A DNA stretch of 64,000 bases from Candidatus Dadabacteria bacterium (GTDB taxonomy: Bacteria; Desulfobacterota_D; UBA1144; Nemesobacterales; Nemesobacteraceae): positions 85,042 to 149,041 of the forward strand of contig OX638332.1 of NCBI GenBank assembly GCA_951812735.1. Direction: 5' to 3'. Numbering within the stretch: position 1 is the first letter of the stretch; every line of letters starts with the position of its first letter. Both the position numbers and the translations under genes were made by a program. This document shows positions 25,712-36,630 of the stretch, in pieces. The notes below the pieces were generated by a model. That model did not search any database and was not told the DNA's origin. It worked only from the letters and a program-made list of their open reading frames with translations.

Positions 25712-25739
25712 ATGGTAACTTATATTATACCATTGTCAA
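25712..25739 (-). promoter_or_regulatory. Putative promoter/operator of the killer-antidote pair
   Basis: Minus-strand TTGACA at 25739-25734, followed by the inverted repeat ATGGTA-N10-TACCAT (25712-25733). Confidence 0.5.
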
Positions 25740-25948
25740 GCCATATCAAATGCGCAGCTGGAATAATGTATGGAACAGGTTAAAAAACCTGAAACGAAGA
25801 TAACGAAAACCGGAAAGCCTGACCCTGATGCTAGATTAGGAGAGCCAAATCGGGTACTTTCCATTGCAAGCCCGTCTTTATCTTTTGCATAAGGGCGGGT
25901 AACCGCCTCGTTAGAGGGCAGTAAGAACCGTTTTTTCCTCTTATCGAT

Positions 25949-26926
25949 ATGACTAGTGAAACTATAGTAAGTGTAAGGGGACTTAAAAAGTACTTCCCTG
26001 TCCGCAAGGGGATTCTCTCCAGAGTTTCCGATTACGTCCGCGCCGTTGACGACGTTGAGCTTGAAGTAAAAAAAGGCGGTACCGTGGGTCTTGTCGGGGA
26101 AAGCGGAAGCGGCAAAACGACGCTTGGAAAAACGGTGCTGAGACTTATTGCTCCCACTGCCGGCAAGATTTTCTTCGAGGGAAAAGACATCACCGAACTT
26201 GACTCGGCCCGGCTCCGCCCACTCAGAAGGGAGATGCAGATGATATTCCAGAACCCCTACGGTTCCCTCAATCCCAGAATGAACGTGGGTTCGCTCGTTT
26301 CCGAGGGAATAAGCATCCACAACACGGTAAAAAAAGAAGAGCGCGGCGAGTTCGTGGCCCGGCTTCTGGGCGAGGTGGGCCTCGGCGCCGACGTTATGAA
26401 CCGCTACCCTCACGAGTTCAGCGGGGGGCAGCGTCAGAGAATAGCCATAGCGCGCGCCATCTCTCTCCGTCCGAAGTTCGTCGTCTGCGACGAACCCGTC
26501 TCGGCGCTTGATGTGTCAGTGCAGGCGCAGATAATAAACCTGCTTAAGGATCTTCAGAAAAAACACGGCCTCTCCTACCTCTTCATATCCCATGACCTGC
26601 GCGTCGTAAAACACGTAAGTGATCTCGTGGCCGTAATGTACCTTGGAAAAATAGTTGAGATCGCTTCAAGCGAGGAGATTTACTCAAACCCCGTGCATCC
26701 TTACACCAAGATTCTTATCTCCGCGATTCCCGAAATAAAAAGAACCGGGAGCCAAAACGGCAAGGAAGCATCGATATCGGGGGAAATACGGAGCCTTGCG
26801 GATATTCCCTCCGGGTGCAGTTTCCATCCGAGGTGCCCTCTGGCGACCGAGATATGCACGAGGGAGACTCCGCGCCTTGAGAAAAAAGGAACTGACGGGC
26901 GAAGCGTCGCCTGTCATAACGTCTGA
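25949..26926 (+). CDS. Peptide ABC transporter ATP-binding protein (OppF/DppF)
   Basis: GESGSGKT, YPHEFSGGQRQR, CDEPVSALD and HPYT. Confidence 0.95.
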   Translation: MTSETIVSVRGLKKYFPVRKGILSRVSDYVRAVDDVELEVKKGGTVGLVGESGSGKTTLGKTVLRLIAPTAGKIFFEGKDITELDSARLRPLRREMQMIFQNPYGSLNPRMNVGSLVSEGISIHNTVKKEERGEFVARLLGEVGLGADVMNRYPHEFSGGQRQRIAIARAISLRPKFVVCDEPVSALDVSVQAQIINLLKDLQKKHGLSYLFISHDLRVVKHVSDLVAVMYLGKIVEIASSEEIYSNPVHPYTKILISAIPEIKRTGSQNGKEASISGEIRSLADIPSGCSFHPRCPLATEICTRETPRLEKKGTDGRSVACHNV

Positions 26927-27026
26927 GAGGTTTGTTTGTTTCCCCGGCGGCCATTTTTCCGAATAACTTGCAATAAAGCGATTGTGGTTTATATTAGAGC
27001 ATTTTTTGCAGGCGGGTTTCCGCGCG

Positions 27027-27536
27027 ATGATAGTTAACGTATCGGAAATAAAAGACGGGGGATTGAGTCTTAATCTCACCAGGGGGCCGGGGTGGCTAGG
27101 CGGTTCCGAGAAATCGGAGGTCGCGAGCGTGGGTTCCGATATAGAGTTTCATATCGATCTTTTACGCACGGCGGGCGAGGTGAGCGTACGGGGGAAAGTC
27201 GGATTCTTGGCGGTCGCCCGGTGTTCCCGATGCCTGAGCGACGTAAACGTTGACACGAATCTTGAGATAAAACTCCTTCTTTCGCCTTCGGAAGCGGAGA
27301 GGAAGATTGAATCCGGCGGGGACATGGATTATGAGACTTACAGGGGCAGAACAATAGACCTAAACGATTACATGAGAGAGCAGGTGAATCTTTCGCTTCC
27401 CTACAAGGCGATCTGCGCCGAGGACTGCAGGGGCCTTTGCGGCGGGTGCGGACGGAATCTTAACGAGCAGCAGTGCGGCTGCGAGGCTCGCCAAGAGGAC
27501 TCGCGCTTTGCGGTACTTAAAGATATAAAGATATAG
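27027..27536 (+). CDS. yceD: DUF177/YceD family protein
   Basis: CSRCL and C.EDCRGLC..CG.NLN motifs; directly upstream of rpmF. Confidence 0.88.
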   Translation: MIVNVSEIKDGGLSLNLTRGPGWLGGSEKSEVASVGSDIEFHIDLLRTAGEVSVRGKVGFLAVARCSRCLSDVNVDTNLEIKLLLSPSEAERKIESGGDMDYETYRGRTIDLNDYMREQVNLSLPYKAICAEDCRGLCGGCGRNLNEQQCGCEARQEDSRFAVLKDIKI

Positions 27537-27556
27537 CTTCAAGCCAGGAGACTGAA

Positions 27557-27760
27557 ATGGCATTACCCAAGAGAAAAACTTCCAAGTCGAAATCGAGAAA
27601 AAGAAGAACTCATTATACCGTCGCGTTGCCGGGAGCTTCCTTCTGTCCCGAGTGCAATGAGATGAAACCCCCTCACAGGGCATGTCCGAGCTGCGGCCAC
27701 TACAAGGGAAGGAACTTCTTCAGACAGGCGCCCGATTCGGAAGCCGTGGCGGAAGACTAA
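27557..27760 (+). CDS. rpmF: 50S ribosomal protein L32
   Basis: MALPKRKTSKS..RRTH, CPEC...PHRACPSCGHY. Confidence 0.97.
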   Translation: MALPKRKTSKSKSRKRRTHYTVALPGASFCPECNEMKPPHRACPSCGHYKGRNFFRQAPDSEAVAED

Positions 27761-27774
27761 AAACATACTAATCC

Positions 27775-28710
27775 ATGATAGCTTTTCTTTTTCCAGGTCA
27801 GGGTTCGCAGTACATCGGCATGGGCGCTGATTTATGCGCCGGGTTTGCCGTTGCCAGGCGGACTTTCGAAGAGGCAAATGACGCTCTCGGGATTGACCTT
27901 GCGAAGCTTTGCTTTGAAGGCGAAGCAAAGACCCTTGCTCTTACGGCAAACGCCCAACCCGCGATACTTACCGCGAGCGTGGCGGCGTTTAGGGTGGTTC
28001 TCGGGGAAACGGAAATAAGGCCCGACCTGGTCGCGGGACACAGCCTCGGGGAATTTACGGCTCTTGTCGCCTCTGAGTGCGTCCGGTTCAGTGACGCGGT
28101 GCGCATGGTAAGAAAAAGGGGGGAATTCATGCAGGAAGCAGTTCCTCCGGGAGTCGGGAAAATGGCTGCGGTGCTGGGTTTAACGTCGCAGGAAGTAAGC
28201 GAGCTTTGCGCCGAGGTGGCCGGTGGAGGAGCGGTGGTTTCTCCGGCGAATTTTAACTCACCCACACAGACCGTTATCTCGGGAGAAGCGGGGGCCGTTT
28301 CGGCAGCTTCCGAGCTTGCCAAGGAAAAAGGCGCAAGACGTGTTGTTGAACTTGAGGTAAGCGCGCCTTTTCACTGTTCCCTTATGGAACCCGCGGCGGC
28401 GCGGCTTGGCGATTTTGCCGAAGGAATAGATTTTAATCAGATGAAATATCCTGTAGTAACAAATACCGAGGCAAAGGCCAACTCTGACCCCGAAAGGGTG
28501 GCGGACATCCTGGTGCGCCAGGTGGTAAGTCCGGTGAGATGGGCTGAGTCACTTGAGTTTCTAAAGGACTCCGGAGTTTCTGAGTACCTTGAAGTCGGCC
28601 CCTCCAAGGTGCTAAGCGGTCTTGTAAAGAGAACTCTTAAAGGCGTTCGTTGCGCAGGTATTGAAAAACCAGACGAGTTAAATCATATTAAAGCAGATGG
28701 AATTCAGTAA
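27775..28710 (+). CDS. fabD: Malonyl-CoA-ACP transacylase
   Basis: FPGQGSQ, GHSLGE and VSAPFH. Confidence 0.97.
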   Translation: MIAFLFPGQGSQYIGMGADLCAGFAVARRTFEEANDALGIDLAKLCFEGEAKTLALTANAQPAILTASVAAFRVVLGETEIRPDLVAGHSLGEFTALVASECVRFSDAVRMVRKRGEFMQEAVPPGVGKMAAVLGLTSQEVSELCAEVAGGGAVVSPANFNSPTQTVISGEAGAVSAASELAKEKGARRVVELEVSAPFHCSLMEPAAARLGDFAEGIDFNQMKYPVVTNTEAKANSDPERVADILVRQVVSPVRWAESLEFLKDSGVSEYLEVGPSKVLSGLVKRTLKGVRCAGIEKPDELNHIKADGIQ

Positions 28711-29440
28711 CAAAGTTGCACTTATAACCGGGGGATCGCGGGGAATAGGAAAGGACATCGCGAAGAAACTCGCATCGCGCGGGGCGTATGTTCTGATTAA
28801 CTACATCAGCAACCGCGAGGCGGCCGAGGAAACCCTGGGGGAGATAGAGCAGGCTGGGGGCAGCGGCAGGGCGGTCGGCTTTGATGTTTCTGATTTTGCC
28901 GAGGTTCAGCAGATCGTGGGAGAGCTCTCGGGTGAACTGGGCGGAATACAGATACTTGTTAACAACGCGGGAATAAGGAATGACGGGCTTTTGGTGAGGA
29001 TGGGGGAGGGGGACTGGGATCGCGTCATGGACATAAACCTCAAGGGAGCGTTTAACTGCACCAAGGCGGTTTCCAGGGGCATGTTCAAGAACCGTTACGG
29101 GAAAATAATAAATATCATTTCGACTGCCGGAGAGGTTGGAAACCCGGGGCAGGCGAATTACTCCGCTTCTAAGGCCGGGATAATAGGCCTTACGAAATCA
29201 ACGGCCAAGGAATTCAGTTCAAGAGGAATAACGGTAAACGCGGTAAGTCCCGGTTTTGTTGAAACGGACATTATCGCGGACCTTAACGAAGATATGAGAA
29301 AAAAATATCTGGAAGCTATACCTCTTGGCAGGTTCGGGCGCGTTGAGGACATTTCAAACGTAGTGTGTTTTCTGGTTTCCGAGGACGCGTCGTATATAAC
29401 CGGGGAGGTTATAAGAGTTAACGGCGGAATTTACATGTAA
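28697..29440 (+). CDS. fabG: 3-oxoacyl-ACP reductase
   Basis: TGGSRGIG, NNAG and GNPGQANYSASK. Confidence 0.97.
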   Translation: MEFSNKVALITGGSRGIGKDIAKKLASRGAYVLINYISNREAAEETLGEIEQAGGSGRAVGFDVSDFAEVQQIVGELSGELGGIQILVNNAGIRNDGLLVRMGEGDWDRVMDINLKGAFNCTKAVSRGMFKNRYGKIINIISTAGEVGNPGQANYSASKAGIIGLTKSTAKEFSSRGITVNAVSPGFVETDIIADLNEDMRKKYLEAIPLGRFGRVEDISNVVCFLVSEDASYITGEVIRVNGGIYM

Positions 29441-29464
29441 AATCTAGAGGAGGTTATCACTCAT

Positions 29465-29731
29465 ATGTCAAAGGATAATGCGGAAATTTTAGCTAAGGTA
29501 AAGGAGATGGTCGCGAGTCATCTCGGCAAGACTGAGGATGAGATAACTCCCGATTCTTCCTTTATAGAGGATCTGGGAGCCGACTCGCTTGACCTTGTGG
29601 AGCTTATAATGTCCATGGAGGATGAGTTCGGGCTTGAGATCTCGGATGAAGACGCGGAGAACATAATCACCGTTCAGGACGCGATTAACTTTATCCAGGG
29701 CTCGGTTGAGTCTGCTTCGGAGGATGACTGA
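29465..29731 (+). CDS. acpP: Acyl carrier protein
   Basis: [12 protein letters not shown]. Confidence 0.97.
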   Translation: MSKDNAEILAKVKEMVASHLGKTEDEITPDSSFIEDLGADSLDLVELIMSMEDEFGLEISDEDAENIITVQDAINFIQGSVESASEDD

Positions 29732-29737
29732 GGAAAG

Positions 29738-30970
29738 ATGGCAAGAAGGGTAGTGGTTACAGGCATAGGGCTCATAACGCCCGTCGGGGTGGGAAACGAC
29801 GCCACATGGTCTTCGATCTGCGAAGGGGTTCCCGGAGTGAGCAGGGTTTCCGGCTTTGATCCATCGGATCTTAAAACCCAGATTGCGGGGGAAGTGAAGG
29901 ACTTTGATCCTACGCTTTACATGGAACCCAAGGACGCGAAGAGAAATGACAGGTTCATTCAGCTCTCCATTGCGGCCACCAAGCTTGCGCTTGAGGATGC
30001 AGGGCTTGAGGTTACCGATGACATCTCCGCACGCACGGGGACTTTTATCGGGTCGGGCATCGGCGGGATGAGTACCTTCTACGACACTGTTTTGACCATG
30101 GAGAACAAGGGTCCTTCCCGTGTCTCTCCCTTTTTCATACCGAACATAGTGACCAACATGGCCTCGGGATACGTCTCGATAAATTTCAACGCCAAGGGGC
30201 CTAACTGTTCTTCGACGACCGCGTGTTCAGCAAGCGGTCACTCCCTTGCGCTTTCCGCCAAGATTATAGGGGACGGCAAGGCGGACGTTATGATAGCCGG
30301 CGGATCGGAAGCTCCGCTTATACCCCTTACCTTTGCGGCTTTTAACGCCATGAAGGCGCTTTCGACCAGAAACGACGAGCCTGAGACCGCGTCGAGGCCG
30401 TTTGAGGCGGGGCGTGACGGGTTCATTCTTTCCGAGGGAGCGGGGGTGCTGATTCTTGAGGAACTTGAGTTCGCGAAGAAAAGAGGTGCCGACATATACG
30501 CCGAAGTGCTCGGGTCGGGAATGAGTGCTGACGCCTTCCATATCACCGCGCCTTCTCTTGAGGGGCCGACCAGCTGCATGAATGCCGCTTTGGAGGATTC
30601 GGGCCTTAATCCCGGGGATGTCGACTACATAAACGCCCATGGAACCTCGACGCGTCTTAACGACGTTAATGAAACCAGAGCGATTAAAGAGGTGTTCGGG
30701 GAACACGCTTCACAGATTCCGGTGAGTTCCACCAAATCCATGACCGGCCACCTGCTCGGCGCGGCGGGAGCGGTGGAAGCGGCAATCAGCGTGCTGGCGC
30801 TTAGAAACGGCGTTTTGCCGCCGACGATAAACCTTTTTGAAAGCGATCCGGAATGCGATCTGGATTACGTCCCGCACACCGCAAGAGATAGCGAGATAAA
30901 GGTGGTGCTCAGCAATTCCTACGGTTTCGGCGGAACGAACGTAAGCCTCGCGCTCGGCAAATTCAGCTGA
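29738..30970 (+). CDS. fabF: Beta-ketoacyl-ACP synthase II
   Basis: TACS, NAHGTST, TGHLLGAAG and GFGG. Confidence 0.97.
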   Translation: MARRVVVTGIGLITPVGVGNDATWSSICEGVPGVSRVSGFDPSDLKTQIAGEVKDFDPTLYMEPKDAKRNDRFIQLSIAATKLALEDAGLEVTDDISARTGTFIGSGIGGMSTFYDTVLTMENKGPSRVSPFFIPNIVTNMASGYVSINFNAKGPNCSSTTACSASGHSLALSAKIIGDGKADVMIAGGSEAPLIPLTFAAFNAMKALSTRNDEPETASRPFEAGRDGFILSEGAGVLILEELEFAKKRGADIYAEVLGSGMSADAFHITAPSLEGPTSCMNAALEDSGLNPGDVDYINAHGTSTRLNDVNETRAIKEVFGEHASQIPVSSTKSMTGHLLGAAGAVEAAISVLALRNGVLPPTINLFESDPECDLDYVPHTARDSEIKVVLSNSYGFGGTNVSLALGKFS

Positions 30971-31094
30971 CCCCCCGAAGTTGCTGAAAAACCCCGACGG
31001 TTTCCAATTGCCTCACATGAGCAGGCAGCACAAAGACGATCTCACGCTGTATAACCAGCAGGTGTTTTTTGAGGTGTCCGGTTGATTTGATCCA

Positions 31095-31116
31095 ATAGAC
31101 CAGCATGCTGGTCTAT
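31095..31116. promoter_or_regulatory. Perfect 22-bp palindrome, likely operator of the Phd antitoxin
   Basis: ATAGACCAGCATGCTGGTCTAT, 26 bp upstream of the start at 31143. Confidence 0.65.
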
Positions 31117-31142
31117 CGAAGCATTTTAAGAGGGTATGGCCA

Positions 31143-31397
31143 GTGTCCAAGAAGAATATAGGATCCTATGAAGTCAAGACCAAGTTACCTGAAATACTGA
31201 AACGGGTGCGGGCGGGTGAATCCTTTACGATTACCCTCCGCGGCAAACCCGTTGCGGATCTTTTGCCGAGCAGAGCCGCTTCCAGGCAAAAGACGGCGAC
31301 TGCCATTGAGAATATTCTCAGAATGAGCGAAACAGTTGTTCCGGTTTCTGATGACCGCCTGGAAGAGTACGGAAAACAAGGTCAAAAGAGTGCGTAA
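31143..31397 (+). CDS. Orphan Phd/YefM family antitoxin
   Basis: IGSYEVKTKLPEILKRVRAGESFTITLRGKPVADLLP; no toxin ORF before acnA. Confidence 0.82.
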   Translation: MSKKNIGSYEVKTKLPEILKRVRAGESFTITLRGKPVADLLPSRAASRQKTATAIENILRMSETVVPVSDDRLEEYGKQGQKSA

Positions 31398-31562
31398 TCA
31401 CACTGTTTCTCTTCGGAAAATACATGCGATGCTGGAAATTCACTTGCAAGGGTAAGACTGCTTTGCTGATCGGCGTCGGGAACTGTTTTATTTTTCCGCT
31501 CGTTTTGGTACAATACCCCGCTAACTTCCAAAAGGTGAAACTGTGTGTAAAAGAGGTGCCAT

Positions 31563-34229
31563 ATGGCTTTGACTAACAATCTCGATACCCTCTCCGACCT
31601 CACTGTCGGGGACAAGACCTACAGGATATATTCCCTCGCAAAGCTTGAATCGCGCTACGGCGTATCGATTTCAAGACTGCCTTTTTCAATAAGAATACTG
31701 CTTGAGAACGTGCTCAGGAACCTTGACGGAAAAACCATTACGGAGCAGCACGTTGAGTCCCTTGCCAAATGGGACCCCTCGAATGCCGAGGCCAAGGAAA
31801 TTCCCTACAACCCCGCGAGGGTGATACTTCAGGATTTCACGGGAGTTCCCTGCGTGGTCGACCTCGCTGCGATGAGATCGGTGGTCGAGAAAAAAGGTGG
31901 AGACCCCTCGCTTGTGAACCCCATAGTCCCTGTCGATCTGGTCATAGATCACTCCGTTCAGGTTGACTATTTCGCAAGCGGTGACGCTTTCGGCAAAAAC
32001 GTGGAAGTCGAGTACGAAAGAAACAGGGAAAGATATACATTTTTAAAGTGGGCCCAGGGGTCTTTTGACAATTTCAGGGTCGTGCCGCCGGGAACCGGAA
32101 TAGTGCACCAGGTGAACCTTGAGTGTCTTGCAAGCGTGGTTGTCTCAAAGCAGACAGGCTCCGAGTCGGTGGCTTACCCGGACACCCTGGTGGGAACGGA
32201 TTCCCACACGACCATGATAAACGGCCTAAGCGTCATGGGCTGGGGAGTAGGGGGGATAGAGGCAGAGGCGTGCATGCTCGGGCAGCCGCTTTACATGCTG
32301 ATCCCTGACGTTATCGGATTCAGGCTCACCGGCCGTCTCTCCCAGGGGGTTACCGCAACGGACCTGGTTCTCACGGTGACCGAGATGCTGAGGAAAAAAG
32401 GGGTTGTCGGCAAGTTCGTCGAGTTTTTCGGGCCCGGAGTGAGCAATCTCGCGCTCTCTGATCAGGCCACGATAGCAAACATGGCTCCCGAGTACGGAGC
32501 CACCATGGGATTTTTCCCGGTAGACGCCGAAACCCTGCGTTACCTCGGGACGACGGGCAGGGATGACGCCGCAACGCTGGTTGAGGCCTACACTAAGGAA
32601 CAGAAGATGTTCAGAACCGACGACGCGGAAGACCCGGTTTATACAGATACGCTAGAACTTGACATATCGACGGTGGAACCTTCTCTTGCGGGACCGAGCC
32701 GCCCGCAGGACAGGATATCGCTCGGGGACATGAAAAGCTCCTACCACGAGAACCTTCAGTCGAGGGGGCTTGCCGCAAACGGAGACGCCACGCGCGCCGA
32801 AAACGGAGTTTCAGACGGCTCCGTCGTAATAGCGGCCATCACGAGCTGCACCAACACCTCGAATCCCTCCGTCATGGTAGGGGCGGGACTTTTCGCCAAA
32901 AAGGCCGTCGAGCGGGGGCTCACCGTTTCGCCTTACGTGAAAACAAGCCTGGCGCCGGGATCGAGGGTGGTAACGGATTACTTAAACGCCGCGGGACTTA
33001 CTCCGTATCTTGAAGAGCTGGGCTTTGGCCTGGTCGGGTACGGATGCACGACCTGCATAGGAAACAGCGGCCCGCTTCCAGAAGACGTGGACGCGGCCAT
33101 AAGGAAAAACGATCTTACCTGCGCCGCGGTTCTAAGCGGAAACAGGAATTTTGAGGGCAGGGTGCACCCGCTCGTTAAATTCGCCTACCTGGCGTCGCCT
33201 CCGCTTGTCGTGGCGTTCGCCATAGCCGGCAAGGTCGGAATCGATCTCTACACAGAACCCCTCGGGGTCGGAAGCGACGGGGACGAAGTGTACCTAAAGG
33301 ACATCTGGCCGACGCAGCAGGAGATAATCGACACCGTTTCGCAGTCAATCAGCCCGGAGATATTCAACAATCAGTACTCGAGAGTTTTCGAGGGCGATGA
33401 GACTTGGAAGTCTCTTGAGGCCCCGCAGTCAGACATTTACGAGTGGGATACGGAATCAACCTACATACAGGAACCCTCGTTTTTCGATGATTTCCCGCTT
33501 GAGCCCGTAGACCCAGAGGACATAGAAAACGCGAACGTACTCGCACTTCTCGGGGACTCCATAACGACGGACCATATTTCCCCGGCGGGCTCAATCCCCA
33601 AGGACGGCCCCGCAGGCGGCTACCTTATCTCGAAGGGCGTTTCCCAAAGGAGCTTTAACAGCTTCGGCTCAAGGAGGGGGAACCACGAGGTTATGATCCG
33701 CGGGTCGTTTGCCAACATCAGGATAAGAAACAAGATGGTCGGAGGAAGGGAAGGAGGGTGGACCGTGCACGTTCCCACGGGAGAGGAAATGTCGATTTAC
33801 GAAGCGTCCTCAAGGTACATGAGCGACGGGACGGACCTTGTCGTGATCGGCGGGAAGGAATACGGAACGGGAAGTTCCCGGGACTGGGCGGCCAAGGGAA
33901 CCGCTCTTCTGGGCGCAAGGTGCGTCATAGCTGAGAGTTTCGAGCGGATCCACAGGAGCAACCTGGTGGGAATGGGGGTTCTGCCCCTTCAGTTCGAGCA
34001 GGGGGAGAGCGCGGAATCCCTCGGCATCACGGGCTTTGAGACCTTCAGTATAAGCGGGATTTCAGAGGACCTTTACCCGGGCAAGCGGATGACCGTAGTT
34101 GTGACGGACGCAGACGGCGGGCAGAGGGAATTTCACGCCACGTGCAGGCTTGATACGCCGGTTGAGGTCGAATATTACCGCAACGGCGGGATACTTCAGA
34201 CCGTCCTGCGTCAGATGATATCAGGGTAG
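31563..34229 (+). CDS. acnA: Aconitate hydratase A
   Basis: [35 protein letters not shown] and [10 protein letters not shown]. Confidence 0.98.
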   Translation: MALTNNLDTLSDLTVGDKTYRIYSLAKLESRYGVSISRLPFSIRILLENVLRNLDGKTITEQHVESLAKWDPSNAEAKEIPYNPARVILQDFTGVPCVVDLAAMRSVVEKKGGDPSLVNPIVPVDLVIDHSVQVDYFASGDAFGKNVEVEYERNRERYTFLKWAQGSFDNFRVVPPGTGIVHQVNLECLASVVVSKQTGSESVAYPDTLVGTDSHTTMINGLSVMGWGVGGIEAEACMLGQPLYMLIPDVIGFRLTGRLSQGVTATDLVLTVTEMLRKKGVVGKFVEFFGPGVSNLALSDQATIANMAPEYGATMGFFPVDAETLRYLGTTGRDDAATLVEAYTKEQKMFRTDDAEDPVYTDTLELDISTVEPSLAGPSRPQDRISLGDMKSSYHENLQSRGLAANGDATRAENGVSDGSVVIAAITSCTNTSNPSVMVGAGLFAKKAVERGLTVSPYVKTSLAPGSRVVTDYLNAAGLTPYLEELGFGLVGYGCTTCIGNSGPLPEDVDAAIRKNDLTCAAVLSGNRNFEGRVHPLVKFAYLASPPLVVAFAIAGKVGIDLYTEPLGVGSDGDEVYLKDIWPTQQEIIDTVSQSISPEIFNNQYSRVFEGDETWKSLEAPQSDIYEWDTESTYIQEPSFFDDFPLEPVDPEDIENANVLALLGDSITTDHISPAGSIPKDGPAGGYLISKGVSQRSFNSFGSRRGNHEVMIRGSFANIRIRNKMVGGREGGWTVHVPTGEEMSIYEASSRYMSDGTDLVVIGGKEYGTGSSRDWAAKGTALLGARCVIAESFERIHRSNLVGMGVLPLQFEQGESAESLGITGFETFSISGISEDLYPGKRMTVVVTDADGGQREFHATCRLDTPVEVEYYRNGGILQTVLRQMISG

Positions 34230-34315
34230 GTGGAGAGACCGATTTGAAAAGGGTGGTTTTTTTCATTATATTGTAAGATTTAAATTTTGGCTTAGTTAAA
34301 AAGGAGAAGTGTTCA

Positions 34316-35560
34316 ATGACAGTACCAAGCGGAGAAAAAATACAGATTGACGAGGAAAACAGAAAGCTTGTAATTCCCGACAACCCTATAATTCCTTTCA
34401 TAGAAGGCGACGGGATAGGCCCTGATATCTGGCACGCGTCCCAGATAGTGTTCGACGCCGCGGTCGAGAAGGCCTACGAAGGAAAAAAGAAGATATCCTG
34501 GCTCGAAGTACTGGCCGGCGAGAAGGCTCACGAGAAGACCGGCGAATGGCTTCCCGAGGCGACCACCGACACGATAAAGGAGTACATCGTCGCCATCAAG
34601 GGCCCGCTTACCACCCCTGTGGGAGGTGGAATAAGGAGCCTTAACGTTTCCCTCCGGCAGATACTTGATCTCTACGCCTGCGTAAGGCCCGTCAGGTGGA
34701 TCAAGGGAACCCCCAACCCTCTTCTGGTTCCAGGCAAGCTCGACGTCGTGATATTCAGGGAAAACACAGAAGACGTATACGCGGGAATCGAGTGGGAGAG
34801 CGGCACCAAGGAAGCGGCCGCCGTAAGGGAGTACCTCGTCGAGAATTACGGGGTGAACATCCGCGAACTGAGCGGAATAGGAATAAAGCCCATAAGTCCT
34901 TTCGGAACCAAGAGGCTAGTGCGAAAGGCTATTGAATACGCAATGGAGTACAAGAGAAAAAGCGTCACCCTCGTTCACAAGGGCAACATAATGAAATTCA
35001 CCGAGGGGGCCTTCCGCGAATGGGGCTACGAACTGGCAAAAGAGGAGTTCCCTGAGGTCACCATAACCGAGGATGAGCTCTGGGACGATTTCGGTGGTAA
35101 GCAGCCCGAAGGCAAGATTGTCATAAAGGACCGCATAGCCGACAGCATGTTCCAGCAGGTTCTAACAAGACCGGGCGAATACGACGTGATGGCCATGCCT
35201 AACCTAAACGGCGACTACATGTCTGATGCCTGCGCCGCGCAGGTTGGGGGTCTCGGAGTCGCTCCGGGAGGCAACATAGGCGATTACCTGGCGGTTTTCG
35301 AAGCCACCCACGGGACCGCTCCCAAGTACTCGGGACAGGACAAGGTGAACCCGGGTTCCGTAATACTCTCGGGAGTCATGATGTTCCAGTATCTTGGATG
35401 GCACGAGGCGGCGGAGCTTGTTTTCAGGGCGATGGAGGAGACTGTTCAGCAGAAGACGGTTACCTATGACCTCGAGAGACAGATGGATGGGGCAACCCTT
35501 CTTAAGTGTTCTGAGTACGGAGAGGCCATCGTAATGAACATGAACAAGGTAATGGACTAG
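34316..35560 (+). CDS. icd: Isocitrate dehydrogenase (NADP, homodimeric bacterial type)
   Basis: [32 protein letters not shown] and [10 protein letters not shown]. Confidence 0.98.
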   Translation: MTVPSGEKIQIDEENRKLVIPDNPIIPFIEGDGIGPDIWHASQIVFDAAVEKAYEGKKKISWLEVLAGEKAHEKTGEWLPEATTDTIKEYIVAIKGPLTTPVGGGIRSLNVSLRQILDLYACVRPVRWIKGTPNPLLVPGKLDVVIFRENTEDVYAGIEWESGTKEAAAVREYLVENYGVNIRELSGIGIKPISPFGTKRLVRKAIEYAMEYKRKSVTLVHKGNIMKFTEGAFREWGYELAKEEFPEVTITEDELWDDFGGKQPEGKIVIKDRIADSMFQQVLTRPGEYDVMAMPNLNGDYMSDACAAQVGGLGVAPGGNIGDYLAVFEATHGTAPKYSGQDKVNPGSVILSGVMMFQYLGWHEAAELVFRAMEETVQQKTVTYDLERQMDGATLLKCSEYGEAIVMNMNKVMD

Positions 35561-35600
35561 GGGCGGCCCGGCACAAATTTTTTTAAAAAGGAGTGGAATC

Positions 35601-36548
35601 TTGAAGAACGGCAGAGCGAAAATTTCTGTGATAGGTGCGGGAAACGTCGGCGCGTCGGCGGCGTTTCGGATTGCACAGCTTGAACTTGCCGACGTGGCTT
35701 TGATCGACATAGTGGAGGGAATTCCCGAGGGAAAGGCGCTTGATCTTGCCCAGATGTGTCCGATCACCGGAAGCGACGTAAATCTCGTCGGTTCAACCAA
35801 CTACGAAGACACGGCTAACTCAGACGTGGTGATAATCACCTCGGGCATTCCGAGAAAGCCCGGGATGAGCCGTGACGATCTCATTTCGACTAACACCAAG
35901 GTGGTAAAGAGCGTCACCGAGCAGGTGGTCTCTAATTCCCCGGATGCGATACTCATACTGGTAACCAACCCTCTTGACGCCATGGTTTACGTGGCGCACA
36001 GGGTAAGCGGTCTTGCCGAAAACAAGGTGATGGGAATGGCAGGGGTACTCGATTCGGCGCGTTTTCGGGCATTTATCGCCATGGAACTCGGGGTCTCAGT
36101 AGAGAACATAAACGCTTCGGTTCTCGGCGGACACGGAGACACGATGGTTCCGCTTCTTAGCAACACTACGATTGCGGGTATCCCCATAGCGGAGCTTGTC
36201 CCCGCTGACAGGCTCGAGGCGATGGTAGACCGCACCAGGAAGGGAGGAGCCGAAATAGTAGCGCTTCTTAAGACCGGAAGCGCATTTTACGCTCCCGCGG
36301 TAGCGGCGGTGGAGATGGCCGAGGCGATCATAAAGGATAAGAAGAAGGTACTTCCCTGCTGCGTCTACGCGGACGGACACTACGGAGTGGAGGATACGTT
36401 CGTGGGTCTTCCCGTAAGGCTCGGCTCAGAAGGGGTTGAAGAGATAATAGGAGTTGAGATTTCCGACGAGGAGATGGAGGCTCTGCATGTCTCGGCGGGC
36501 AAGGTGAAAGAGCTTTGCGAAGTAATTGACGGAATGGGAATCCTGTAA
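35601..36548 (+). CDS. mdh: Malate dehydrogenase (LDH-like)
   Basis: GAGNVG, PRKPGMSRDDL, LDSARF and GGHGD. Confidence 0.97.
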   Translation: MKNGRAKISVIGAGNVGASAAFRIAQLELADVALIDIVEGIPEGKALDLAQMCPITGSDVNLVGSTNYEDTANSDVVIITSGIPRKPGMSRDDLISTNTKVVKSVTEQVVSNSPDAILILVTNPLDAMVYVAHRVSGLAENKVMGMAGVLDSARFRAFIAMELGVSVENINASVLGGHGDTMVPLLSNTTIAGIPIAELVPADRLEAMVDRTRKGGAEIVALLKTGSAFYAPAVAAVEMAEAIIKDKKKVLPCCVYADGHYGVEDTFVGLPVRLGSEGVEEIIGVEISDEEMEALHVSAGKVKELCEVIDGMGIL

Positions 36549-36630
36549 GGTTCCGTTTAATTCCGCCCCCCGGCGCCGTTTATAATCTCGGACGGGCGCT
36601 CCGGAAATATTTTTTGGAGGTTTCTACAAC

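Noticed and set aside
24946-25768. 9-bp direct repeat GGAATAATG around the killer-antidote pair
   Set aside because: Short and AT-rich, with no terminal inverted repeats, and it leaves ~180 bp before oppF unexplained; may be chance.
25770-25892. 40-codon ORF and GC hairpin upstream of oppF
   Set aside because: No clear RBS and no recognisable riboswitch or family motif.
30975-31082. IS-end-like strings GTTGCTGAAAACCCC and GTTTTTTGAGGTGTCC
   Set aside because: They are not complementary to each other, and no target duplication was found.
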